Part shown: one piece after another, positions 1 through 9,293 of the stretch
Numbering within the stretch: the first letter of the stretch is position 1
How the letters are laid out: each line of letters opens with the position of its first letter
Assembly (NCBI GenBank): GCA_963422365.1
Contig: OY729426.1
Coordinates: forward strand, 704,001 to 768,000
Origin: Nitrospirales bacterium
GTDB taxonomy: Bacteria; Nitrospirota; Nitrospiria; Nitrospirales; UBA8639
Length of the DNA stretch: 64,000 nucleotides
Reading direction: 5' to 3'
Program-made: the position numbers and the translations under genes
Notes under the pieces: generated by a model
The model's database searches: none
Seen by the model: the letters and a program-made list of their open reading frames with translations, nothing else
What the model was told of the DNA's origin: nothing

Positions 1-4
1 GTTT

Positions 5-2146
5 GTGGTGCCATTGTTGCCTTTTACCGTAGTCACCGAAGACGATCTATTTGCAAAAAATTCTCGACATCGCCCCCAACCCAAAAGCAAGACCGCGACC
101 TTTCTGTCCTCGTTGGATGATTTGAATGCCGGAGACTACGTGGTCCACGTGCAACATGGGATCAGCCGGTATAAGGGTCTTCGGCGCTTGTCCGTGCAAG
201 GGTTTGAAAGCGATTATCTCGTTCTTGAATTTTCCAGACGAGACACCCTCTATGTGCCGCTCGATCGGTTGACCCAGATCCAAAAATATCGAATCGGGGA
301 GCATCTTGCCCCAACCCTCGACAAATTAGGGGGAACCGCGTGGGCCAAGACCAAAGCGCGCGTCAAAAAAACCATCGAAGATATGACCAGCGACCTCGTC
401 GAGTTGTATGCCAACCGAGAAGTCGTCACTCGTCAACCGTATCAGCAAGACACCACCCTAGCCCATGAATTTGATGCCGCCTTTGACTATGACGAAACCC
501 CGGACCAACTCAAGGCCATCGACGATATTCAACGAGACCTCCATCTGCCCAAACCCATGGATCGGCTGGTCTGTGGCGATGTCGGATATGGAAAAACCGA
601 AGTGGCGATGCGGGCGGCGTTTCAAGCCGTCGAGGATAATCGGCAGGTGGCCGTGCTGGTTCCCACGACCCTTCTGGCGCAACAACATTCGGAAACGTTT
701 TCGCGCCGTTTCGCGCCGTTTCCCATCCAGGTGGCCACCCTCTCGCGGTTTCAAAATCCTCAAGAGGTCAAAGCGTTGTTCTCTGACCTTGCATCAGGCG
801 TGGTTGATATCGTCATTGGCACCCATCGGCTCCTTCACAAAACCGTGCAGTTTAAAAACCTGGGACTGGTCATTATTGACGAAGAGCAATGGTTCGGCGT
901 TCGTCATAAAGAGCGACTGAAACAACTTCGTACGCAAGTCGACGTGTTGACGCTCACGGCGACCCCCATCCCTCGCACATTGCAAATGGCATTTTCCGGA
1001 GTCAGGGATCTGTCGGTCATCGACACGCCCCCCCCCGGACGCTTGGCTATCCGCACCCAGGTCGTTCGATTCAATCCCACGCTGATTCGCGAAGCTATCC
1101 GCCGGGAGTTGGCGAGACAGGGGCAGGTGTTTTATGTCCATAACCGGGTCGAAACCATTGAGCGGACAGCCGGTTGGCTCCAGGGACTCGTACCCGAAGC
1201 CCGTCTGGTCATGGCTCATGGGCAGATGAACGAACACGTCCTCGAAGACGTCATGTTACAATTCTTTCATGGCGAGGTGGATATCCTGCTTGCGACCTCG
1301 ATTATTCAATCAGGGTTAGACGTGCCGCGCGCCAATACCATCTTGGTGGATCGGGCCGATAGGTTTGGGCTGGCACAACTCTATCAACTTCGAGGACGAG
1401 TAGGCCGCGCCGGCGACCAAGCCTATGCGTATTTCTTTTTCCCCAATGAAGAGATGTTGGGCACCGATGCCCAACGACGACTCCTGGCCATTCAGGAATT
1501 TGCCGACTTGGGCTCAGGATTTCGCATTGCCGCCGCCGACCTGGAAATTCGAGGAGCCGGCAACCTCTTAGGCAAACAACAATCTGGCAACATTGCCGCG
1601 GTAGGGTTTGATCTGTATATGCAGATGGTCGAACAAGCCGTGCAACAGAGAAACGGTGAAAAGTTGGAAGAAGAGATCGATCCGACATTGCATGTTCCCG
1701 TGTCGGCCTTTATCCCTGACGACTACATCGAGGACGGCCATCAACGCTTATCGTTGTATAAACGCCTCTCAGCCAGTCAGAAGATCGGCGATCTTGCCCT
1801 TCTGCATGAAGAAACCCAAGACCGGTACGGGACACCGCCTGAACCTGTCGAGCAGTTGTTTGAAGTCATGCACATTCGCCTGCTCGCCAAGAAGCTGAAA
1901 GTGGAGTCACTGGAAGCCACGAATGGAACCATTACCGTGACCTTTCCTGACAACGCCACGATTGCTCAAGAGAGCCTCGATTGGCTCAGGCAGTATTCGG
2001 AAGGCCGACTGCAATTCCTGTCGCCGGTTTCCTTTGCCATCGCTAGGGACCTCGATGATTGGTCAACCGTGGTATCCGTCTTGACGACGATGCTGAATGG
2101 CTTGTTGGATGCCTCACCTGAAACCATGGCCCCTTCCCTCTTGTGA
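5..2146 (+). CDS. mfd: Transcription-repair coupling factor Mfd (5' part outside window)
   Basis: CarD/RID-like 'GDYVVHVQHGI', Walker A 'GDVGYGKT', 'DEEQ', 'TATPIPRT', 'QLRGRVGR', TRG 'DLEIRGAGNLLG' and C-terminal TRCF domain. Confidence 0.97.
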   Translation: MVPLLPFTVVTEDDLFAKNSRHRPQPKSKTATFLSSLDDLNAGDYVVHVQHGISRYKGLRRLSVQGFESDYLVLEFSRRDTLYVPLDRLTQIQKYRIGEHLAPTLDKLGGTAWAKTKARVKKTIEDMTSDLVELYANREVVTRQPYQQDTTLAHEFDAAFDYDETPDQLKAIDDIQRDLHLPKPMDRLVCGDVGYGKTEVAMRAAFQAVEDNRQVAVLVPTTLLAQQHSETFSRRFAPFPIQVATLSRFQNPQEVKALFSDLASGVVDIVIGTHRLLHKTVQFKNLGLVIIDEEQWFGVRHKERLKQLRTQVDVLTLTATPIPRTLQMAFSGVRDLSVIDTPPPGRLAIRTQVVRFNPTLIREAIRRELARQGQVFYVHNRVETIERTAGWLQGLVPEARLVMAHGQMNEHVLEDVMLQFFHGEVDILLATSIIQSGLDVPRANTILVDRADRFGLAQLYQLRGRVGRAGDQAYAYFFFPNEEMLGTDAQRRLLAIQEFADLGSGFRIAAADLEIRGAGNLLGKQQSGNIAAVGFDLYMQMVEQAVQQRNGEKLEEEIDPTLHVPVSAFIPDDYIEDGHQRLSLYKRLSASQKIGDLALLHEETQDRYGTPPEPVEQLFEVMHIRLLAKKLKVESLEATNGTITVTFPDNATIAQESLDWLRQYSEGRLQFLSPVSFAIARDLDDWSTVVSVLTTMLNGLLDASPETMAPSLL

Positions 2147-2226
2147 CACACCTGCTTCGCTCCCACCGTTCTTCATCCCTCTCTTGTTGGGGCCGTCGCT
2201 CACAAGCCTGGCACGCGCTCAGGACA

Positions 2227-3174
2227 ATGGCCATCCTGTTCACCATACTGTGCGGGGTGGGGTTCCTGGCTCCTGTCGTGCGTGCTCAACCCCTGATCAA
2301 AGATGTCGAGGGCAAGCCGTTGTCCGATGGGATCGCCGCCATCGTCAATTCAGAGCTGATTACGGTTTCCGAGCTCCAAGCTAAAATGGCCGATGAAACC
2401 TTTCGCTTGAAAGCTCGGTATGAGGGGGACGAGCTCACGGCACGTCTCGTTCAGAAACAATATGAAATCTTGAATCGGATGATCGAACGAAAGCTCCAGC
2501 TCCAGGAAGCCAAGGTCAAGAAAATTTCGATCAGCGATGAGGAAGTGGAACAAGCTTGGGAACAATTACACCAAAACTCTACCGCACTTCCGGCATCGTT
2601 ACCTCAATCAAAGGATGCCCTTCGTGAAGAATTGATGGTGCGCCGACTCAGGGACATGGATGTTCGCCGAAGCCTTGTTGTCTCTCCTGAAGAAATTCGC
2701 GCCTCCTATAAACAACAGCAGCCGCAATTTACGTCTCCCCGCGAACACCACATCAGACAAATTCTCCTGGTACCGAAGCTGGATGAAAGTCTGGAGACGG
2801 TGAAAGCACGGGCTGAAGTCCTTGTGAGTCAACTCAACGAGGGAAGGCGCTTCGAAAAATTGGCGGAACTCTTTTCCGATGGGCCTGAAAGCGTCCTGGG
2901 AGGCGACCTCGGATTCGTGACGAAAGATGACTTATTGGCGCCTTTGAGCGAAGCCCTGAACAAGCTCAACCAAGGTGAAGTCAGCCCGTTGGTTGAAACG
3001 GAAATCGGGATTCATATTCTCCGACTCGAGGAGAGCCGAGAAGGAACCCCGCAACCGTTTGATCAAGTGAAAAACGTGATTGGAAACCAACTGTATCAAA
3101 AGAAAAGCCAACAGGCCCTTGAAAAATGGCTGACCTCGTTAAAAGATAAGGCCTACATCGAAATCCGCTTTTAG
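2227..3174 (+). CDS. SurA/PpiC-type peptidyl-prolyl isomerase
   Basis: Hydrophobic signal-like N-terminus, SurA_N 'IAAIVNSELIT', parvulin motifs 'IRQIL', 'GGDLGFV', 'GIHILRL'; follows mfd; start uncertain (2143 or 2227). Confidence 0.88.
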   Translation: MAILFTILCGVGFLAPVVRAQPLIKDVEGKPLSDGIAAIVNSELITVSELQAKMADETFRLKARYEGDELTARLVQKQYEILNRMIERKLQLQEAKVKKISISDEEVEQAWEQLHQNSTALPASLPQSKDALREELMVRRLRDMDVRRSLVVSPEEIRASYKQQQPQFTSPREHHIRQILLVPKLDESLETVKARAEVLVSQLNEGRRFEKLAELFSDGPESVLGGDLGFVTKDDLLAPLSEALNKLNQGEVSPLVETEIGIHILRLEESREGTPQPFDQVKNVIGNQLYQKKSQQALEKWLTSLKDKAYIEIRF

Positions 3175-3788
3175 CCCGGATTCCTCCACAATGCATAACG
3201 CTGTCTCACTGTGCGCCAAAGGTCCTGGCGGCCCTCGTTCGTCTTTGAGGAGTACCCCACCACTTCTTCACGATTTCCCAATCCCAGGGTTTGACACACT
3301 CGCAACAGGTGCGGCAGGCGCTGACCACGAGACAGTTTGTCGATCTTCGTCACCACCACGATGGGGCGATACCCTAGATGGGTAAGCCATTCAAGCGTGG
3401 TCACGTCATGATCCTCGATCCCTCGTGCATCGACCAACTGGACGACGGCAACTAATTGAGCCCGGTCCGTCAAATAGGTCTCGATCATCGGGCCCCATTG
3501 TTCACGAACCGACCGGGACGCCTTGGCATAGCCGTAGCCGGGCAAATCGACGAAAAAGATTGTGGGGAACGCCTTGTCGCTCGTGAGCACACGAAAAAAA
3601 TTAAGCGTGTGCGTTTTTCCCGGAGTCGTGCTGACCTTGGCAATACCTTTGCGATTCAACAAGGAATTAATCGCCGAGGATTTGCCCACATTGGATCGCC
3701 CCACGAAAGCCACCTCGGGAAGGCATTCACGAGGATAGTGCGCCGGCTTCAGACAACTCTTGACAAAGTCTGCTGACAGAATCTTCAT
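3171..3788 (-). CDS. engB: Ribosome biogenesis GTP-binding protein EngB/YihA/YsxC
   Basis: 'PEVAFVGRSNVGKSS', 'PGKT', 'DLPGYG', 'TKID'. Confidence 0.95.
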   Translation of the reverse strand: MKILSADFVKSCLKPAHYPRECLPEVAFVGRSNVGKSSAINSLLNRKGIAKVSTTPGKTHTLNFFRVLTSDKAFPTIFFVDLPGYGYAKASRSVREQWGPMIETYLTDRAQLVAVVQLVDARGIEDHDVTTLEWLTHLGYRPIVVVTKIDKLSRGQRLPHLLRVCQTLGLGNREEVVGYSSKTNEGRQDLWRTVRQRYALWRNPG

Positions 3789-3816
3789 GTTGGGAATACA
3801 GACGACAAAACAGGAG

Positions 3817-4293
3817 TCACGGTTGCCTAAGTTCCCGTTTCATGGCTCGTTCCATTTCACGACCAGCCTCGCGTTTTTTTACGGTCTCTCGCCGGTCATA
3901 GTGCTTTTTCCCACGCGCGAGACCCAACTCAACCTTGGCTGTCCCGCGTTGATTAAAATACATGCGGAGAGGAACCAACGTCAGCCCTTTCTGCTGAACT
4001 TTCCCTGTTAATTTCTGAATTTCTTTTTTGTGCAACAACAGCCCGCGGGGCCGCAGGGGGTCATGATTCATGGTATTCCCATGACTGTATTCGCCTATGT
4101 GACAGTTGTACAGAACGGCTTTCCCCTCGGCCACCGCGGCATAGGCTTCGCGCAAATTGACCCGGCCTTCCCGAAGCGATTTCACTTCGGTCCCTTTCAG
4201 GATCAGGCCTGCCTCGATTTTTTCTTCAATCGCATAGTCGTGAAACGCCTTCCGATTGCTCCCGACTATTTTTGTCGTTGGATCTTGAGACAT
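3817..4293 (-). CDS. smpB: SsrA-binding protein SmpB
   Basis: 'NRKAFHDY', 'EAGLILKGTEVKSLR', 'GKKHYDRRE'. Confidence 0.97.
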   Translation of the reverse strand: MSQDPTTKIVGSNRKAFHDYAIEEKIEAGLILKGTEVKSLREGRVNLREAYAAVAEGKAVLYNCHIGEYSHGNTMNHDPLRPRGLLLHKKEIQKLTGKVQQKGLTLVPLRMYFNQRGTAKVELGLARGKKHYDRRETVKKREAGREMERAMKRELRQP

Positions 4294-4350
4294 GACCGTG
4301 AATACAACGCGACTTCGAAAGAGCCTTATGGCGGCCCCCTTCTTCTCTCT

Positions 4351-4408
4351 TTTGTAGCTGCGGGATGTTATCCCGCCCTCTTCTTGGCCGCATAAGATGC
4401 GGCCCTAC
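4351..4408. repeat. GTAG-type REP-like palindromic element
   Basis: TTTGTAGC...CTTGGCCGCATAAGATGCGGCCCTAC; near-identical inverted copy at 25753-25806. Confidence 0.65.
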
Positions 4409-4468
4409 AGCTTCAGGAGCTCGCCCATCAATTGACTCTACTCTTCTCGAATCCTAGAATACCATTCC

Positions 4469-4972
4469 ATGCACGACTTTTTCTCCTCCCGGTCACTCAT
4501 CAAGGAAATTTCCCAAAGCCATGGGTTTGCGGTGCGCCTCTGTGAGTCTCGCCTCCAAAAGCAGTGGAAAGCGCTCGTGGGCGAGGTCGTGGCTTCCCAT
4601 ACTTGGCCGACCAGAATCAAGTTTCGAAAGCTGCACGTGGCCGTAGAAAATTCGGTGTGGCTTCACCAGCTCATCTATCTCAGAACAACGTTACTGGAGA
4701 AAATTCAAGCGCAGATGGAAGAACTCTACGTACAAGATATTATTTTTCGAATTGGTGACATACCGGAAGCCCGCGAGGATGACCTCGCCGTGCAGGCTGC
4801 CCAAGTTTTTGTTTCTCCCGATGCGCGGATGACGGCCGCTGAATGGACTCAATACGTCCATGATGAGGAACTACGTCATTCTTTGACACGAGTCATTTCC
4901 CGGGCGCTTTCCTCTGCAACAGATGAAGCCGTCATTCCGAGGGGAGCGAGAAATCTCAAGCCTACGCCCTGA
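4469..4972 (+). CDS. dciA: DUF721/DciA family helicase loader protein
   Basis: 'WKALVGEVVASHTWP...LHVAVENSVWLHQL' DUF721 pattern; location near the gyrB/dnaN cluster. Confidence 0.8.
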   Translation: MHDFFSSRSLIKEISQSHGFAVRLCESRLQKQWKALVGEVVASHTWPTRIKFRKLHVAVENSVWLHQLIYLRTTLLEKIQAQMEELYVQDIIFRIGDIPEAREDDLAVQAAQVFVSPDARMTAAEWTQYVHDEELRHSLTRVISRALSSATDEAVIPRGARNLKPTP

Positions 4973-5020
4973 AACGAGCCTGCACTTGAGATTCTTTGTC
5001 GCTTCGCTTCTCAGGATGAG
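4931..5020. repeat. Miniature palindromic element (GTCATTCCG...CAGGATGAG) forming the dciA 3' end
   Basis: Nested inverted repeats, e.g. AATCTCAAG (4952-4960) / CTTGAGATT (4985-4993); encodes the terminal 'VIPRGARNLKPTP*'. Confidence 0.6.
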
Positions 5021-5099
5021 ATGGTGTTAGCAAGTTGTCCCCTCGTTGGGTTTCTATTTTTAGAGTCTTTGCCAAATCGAGCCTGAATACGGTTGAGAC

Positions 5100-7167
5100 A
5101 TGAAGTACAAATCGGAACGTGCTTTGGAACTGTTGCGAGCGGGTTCAAGCCACCCTGATGCAAGGTTTCGTGAGGGTCAGGAAAAGGCCATCCAACATAT
5201 CGTGAACGGGGATGGTCGGCTTTTGGTTGTCCAGAAGACCGGTTGGGGCAAAAGCTTCATCTACTTTATTGCGACGACGCTGCTGCGCGAAGCGGGTATG
5301 GGTCCTGCCCTTCTTATCAGTCCGTTACTCGCGCTGATGCGCAATCAGATTGCCGCGGCGGAGCGGATGGGCGTTCGCGCGACGACGATCAACTCTGACA
5401 ATCGGGACGATTGGGAGGAAGTCGAAAACGCTATCCATCGTAACGAGGTGGACATCCTGCTCATCTCGCCCGAAAGGCTGGCCAATGAGCGTTTCCGCAA
5501 CGAGGTGCTAGCGAGCACTGCCGACCGGATATCCTTCCTCGTGATCGATGAAGCGCATTGTATCTCTGACTGGGGCCACGACTTTCGGCCAGACTACCGG
5601 TGGATCGAACGCATCATTCGCACCTTACCGCCGAATCTCCGTTTGTTGGCGACGACGGCAACGGCGAATGACCGGGTCATCGACGATTTAGCAGAAACAC
5701 TTGGGGCAAACCTGGAAGTATCCCGCGGGGATCTCAACCGGCCATCCCTTACTCTTCAGACGATCCGCTTGCAGAGCCAAGCAGAACGGCTCGCGTGGTT
5801 GGCGGAACAATTGCCCGTACTTCCGGGTCACGGGATCATTTATACGCTCACGGTCCGTGACGCGGAACAGGTGAGTGGATGGCTCAAGTCTCGCGGACTG
5901 AACGTCAAGGCCTACACGGGTAAGACGGGCGAGCAGCGGCCAAGATTGGAAGATGCACTTCTTCAAAACACAATAAAAGCGTTGGTGGCAACGACAGCCT
6001 TGGGCATGGGCTTCGATAAACCGGACCTGGCTTTCGTCATTCACTACCAGACGCCGGGATCGGCATTGGCGTACTACCCAGCAGGTCGGTCGAGCCGGGA
6101 GGGCGCTTGACGCAGCCTACGGAGTATTGTTGAGCGGCCAGGAAGAAACCGATATCACCGACTACTTTATCAAGAGTGCATTTCCGACCCACACTGAAGT
6201 GCAAAAAGTTCTGAACGCCTTGGAGAAGGAACCTGAAGGGTTGTCAGATAAAGGGATTGCGAGAGTAGTCAACATCAAGTGTAAACGTATAGAGAAGACT
6301 ACAAAACTCCTTTCTTTAGAATCACCGGCTCCTATCGCAAAGCAGGGGAAGAAATGGCAACTCACACCCACGACTCTGAGTGACACCTTCTGGGAACGGG
6401 CAGAGCGACTCACGAAACTGCGGCGAGAGGAACAGGCGCAGATGCAGGAATACGTCAGGCTGACCTCCGGTCACATGCCGTTCCTGATTCGAGCGCTGAA
6501 TGGGGAGCAGGGCAGTCTCTCTCCGTCGGACTTGCCACTTTTGTCGACGGAACCGGACTCGGTTCTGGTTCAAGAAGCGATTGCCTTCCTACGTCGCACG
6601 AGTTTGCCGATAGAACCGCGAAAGCACTGGCCATCCGGGAGACTGCAACACTGCGATCTCTCCTGACGGATTGACACCCGTTTCCAGCCTCAACCCGGAA
6701 AGGCACTCTGCGGCTGGGGTGGTTTGGTGCGCCAAGGGAAATACCATGATGGACGCTTCGCCGATGAACTGGTGGATGCTTGCCGGGAATTGATTAAAAA
6801 ATGGGACCCGTACCCGTTCCCGGAATGGGGAACCTGCATTCCTTCACAACGGCATCCGGACTTGGTACCCGATTTTGCCCGACGCTTGGCCGAATCCCTT
6901 GACCTTCCATTCAAGCAGGTATTAATCAAGACGGAAGACCGCCCGGAGCAGAAGACAATGGCGAACAGCACTCAGCAGGCACGTAATATTGACGGTTCGT
7001 TGGCGCTGACCGATGAGACCTTGCCTAGTGAGCCGTTGCTGCTCGTAGACGACATGGTAGACTCGCGCTGGACCTTCACCATTGCAACCTGGTTGCTTTG
7101 CTCAAATGGTAGTGGTGAGGTGTGGCCGTTGGCGCTTGCTCAGGCGGGAGGGGCTAACGATGAGTGA
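5100..7167 (+). pseudogene. RecQ-family helicase with C-terminal ComF-like phosphoribosyltransferase domain, disrupted
   Basis: 'QKTGWGKS', 'DEAHCISDWGHDFRP', 'TATA', 'GMGFDKPD'. An extra C at 6077-6079 breaks 'YYQQVGRAGR'; in-frame TGA at 6664-6666; PRT motif '[12 protein letters not shown]' in the last segment. Confidence 0.88.
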
Positions 7168-8452
7168 GACACTTTCCCCGGACACCCAAGCGATTCTGCT
7201 GTTGACCGCGCCTTTAATCGTTGAAGGTGTCAAGCGTGAGAAGACCGTCAACCCGCTCACGCCGCGGGAATACACAACATTCTCCCAGCATCTCAAGAAG
7301 GAGAACGGGCAGCCCGCTGCTTTGCTGACGCCTCATGCGGATCAATTGATCAGGAATTACCATCACATACCCGACAAGGACCGGCTCAAGCGCCTGCTGG
7401 ATCGAGGTTTCCTGTTGGGCCAGGCAGTCGATCGCTGGCAGAAACGGTCAATTTGGGTAGTGAGCCGTGCCGATGACGATTATCCACAGAGGCTCAGGGA
7501 GCGGTTGAAGGAGGACTGGCCGATCCTGCTCTATGGCTGTGGAGACAAGGAAATTCTCAATACCGGTGGACTAGCGGTCGTCGGCTCGCGTCACGCGAAT
7601 GAGTCGTTAGTCGAGTACACTCACGAGATTGGTCGTCTGGTAGCAAAGGCTCAACGAACCCTGATCTCTGGATCTGCCAGGGGCATTGACCAAGAGGCCA
7701 TGCATGCTGCACTGGAGGCTGACGGCAGAGTCGCGGGCGTGCTGGCTGACAATCTCGAAAAAGCCATCATGAATCGCGAACAGAGAAAGCTGCTGTTGGA
7801 GGAACGGCTCATCCTGATCTCACCCTACGACCCAAACGCAGGATTCAACGTAGGGCATGCGATGCAGCGAAACAAAGTGATCTATGCCTTGGCAGATGCA
7901 GCCCTCGTGGTGAACGCGGACAGGGAAACGGGCGGTACATGGGCCGGGGCAACGGAGCAATTGAAAAATCCGAGTCCGGTACCCATCTATGTGCGTTCGA
8001 CTGGTGAAGCATCCACGGGTCTTGAGGCCCTGAAAAGCAGGGGAGCTAGGCCGTGGCCGAATCCGAAAGATGCAAATGACCTTGCTGCCATTTTTCGGTC
8101 CGATCCCTCGAAGACGCCAAACTCTCCGGTCCAACCTAATCTGCCGTTCGATGAGCAGCAGGAACCCGTGAAACCTGGGCTGCAAGCAGGGGTAACACCG
8201 GAGTTACAAATAGCCGATGATCCGACTCTGAGACCAGCCGAGAAACTGTACCAAACCATACGGTCGTTGATTCCCCAGGTACTTGTAAAACCCAAACAAG
8301 CCGCGGAAGTTGCCACGGAACTGGATGTCACCAAGCCTCAAGCCAAGGAATGGCTAAAGTGCCTTGTTGAAGAAGGTGTTTTGGAAAAACTTGTCAGGCC
8401 GGTACGCTATGTCATTCGGCAAGACTACTTATCAAGGAAGGGAAACACTTAA
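7160..8452 (+). CDS. DprA/Smf-family DNA-processing protein with C-terminal winged-helix-like segment
   Basis: 'YPQRL', 'LAVVGSR', 'ISGSARGID', '[13 protein letters not shown]', 'GGTWAGA'; overlaps the end of the RecQ gene. Confidence 0.9.
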   Translation: MSETLSPDTQAILLLTAPLIVEGVKREKTVNPLTPREYTTFSQHLKKENGQPAALLTPHADQLIRNYHHIPDKDRLKRLLDRGFLLGQAVDRWQKRSIWVVSRADDDYPQRLRERLKEDWPILLYGCGDKEILNTGGLAVVGSRHANESLVEYTHEIGRLVAKAQRTLISGSARGIDQEAMHAALEADGRVAGVLADNLEKAIMNREQRKLLLEERLILISPYDPNAGFNVGHAMQRNKVIYALADAALVVNADRETGGTWAGATEQLKNPSPVPIYVRSTGEASTGLEALKSRGARPWPNPKDANDLAAIFRSDPSKTPNSPVQPNLPFDEQQEPVKPGLQAGVTPELQIADDPTLRPAEKLYQTIRSLIPQVLVKPKQAAEVATELDVTKPQAKEWLKCLVEEGVLEKLVRPVRYVIRQDYLSRKGNT

Positions 8453-8609
8453 TAGACCACTCTACTGCTGACGTTCATCCAATGGGGTCCAACAGGTGAA
8501 AACAAACACCAAACGCGAGCGGGTTGGAAAGCTTGAAGGAATTGGGGGGATTGACCATGTTTCGCGTTAAGCAACATCCGTTTTGCGCAGTACGCTCACC
8601 GGTTTCGTT

Positions 8610-9179
8610 CTAGGTTGAGGAAGGGGCGAAGTCATCAAACAAGACCTGAATGTTCTGGGATTGCTCGGGGTTTGATGGTTCAGGAATGGGGCCAAGCCAG
8701 CCCTTGGTGTTGCCTTGGATATAGAGAAATCCTCCGCGGGCTGATTGTTCGAATTGCCGACGAAACGTCTCTTCTTCCTCCAGAGCCTGGTTCCCAGGCT
8801 CTGCGGGGACAAGTGTTGCCAGATACCGATGAAGCGTTTCCGGTTCGGTCCAACGGGGATCGGAAAAAATGTAGAGGACGACTTCTCGATAGAACGTGCT
8901 CGGATCTTCCGGTGTCGTGGGCCGGACTTTCAGAGATCGGAAATCGTGGGTAGTCCTGCCGATTTTTCGGAATCGACGAAGCAGGTTTTCAATTTCCGGA
9001 TCGCTCGTCCACGACGGCACGTGCACAGCCACCACCGCGCCTTCCTGCCCTCCAATACTAAAGGGCGGAATGGTGCGATCGGGTCTGGACAGGAACATGC
9101 CCACGGCAATCAACGTGAAGCCGCCGAGCAACACGGCCAGCCCTATTTTGACGACGGGATCGAATGGCTTTTTCTGCAT
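8610..9179 (-). CDS. Hypothetical membrane-anchored protein
   Basis: ORF with N-terminal TM segment (IGLAVLLGGFTLIAVGMFL) downstream of gyrA; start chosen at MQKKPF. Confidence 0.7.
   Translation of the reverse strand: MQKKPFDPVVKIGLAVLLGGFTLIAVGMFLSRPDRTIPPFSIGGQEGAVVAVHVPSWTSDPEIENLLRRFRKIGRTTHDFRSLKVRPTTPEDPSTFYREVVLYIFSDPRWTEPETLHRYLATLVPAEPGNQALEEEETFRRQFEQSARGGFLYIQGNTKGWLGPIPEPSNPEQSQNIQVLFDDFAPSST
8787..8813. repeat. 27-bp palindromic element, in-frame in CDS (LVPAEPGNQ)
   Basis: CTGGTTCCCAGGCTCTGCGGGGACAAG, variant of the 9183 and 14943 copies. Confidence 0.7.
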
Positions 9180-9182
9180 AGA

Positions 9183-9209
9183 CTGGTTCCCCGCTTCCGC
9201 GGGGACAAG
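9183..9209. repeat. 27-bp palindromic element
   Basis: CTGGTTCCCCGCTTCCGCGGGGACAAG (stem TCCCCGC/GCGGGGA). Confidence 0.75.
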
Positions 9210-9293
9210 GTTCGAACCCACTTCGGACAGTTGGGGAAGCGAGGGGAACCCGGATGAGGGAAGGACTCTCAACCACAGACACAAATTCCGTTA

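Noticed and set aside
4294..4468. tmRNA next to smpB
   Set aside because: Too short and no tRNA-Ala-like ends; explained by a REP-like palindrome
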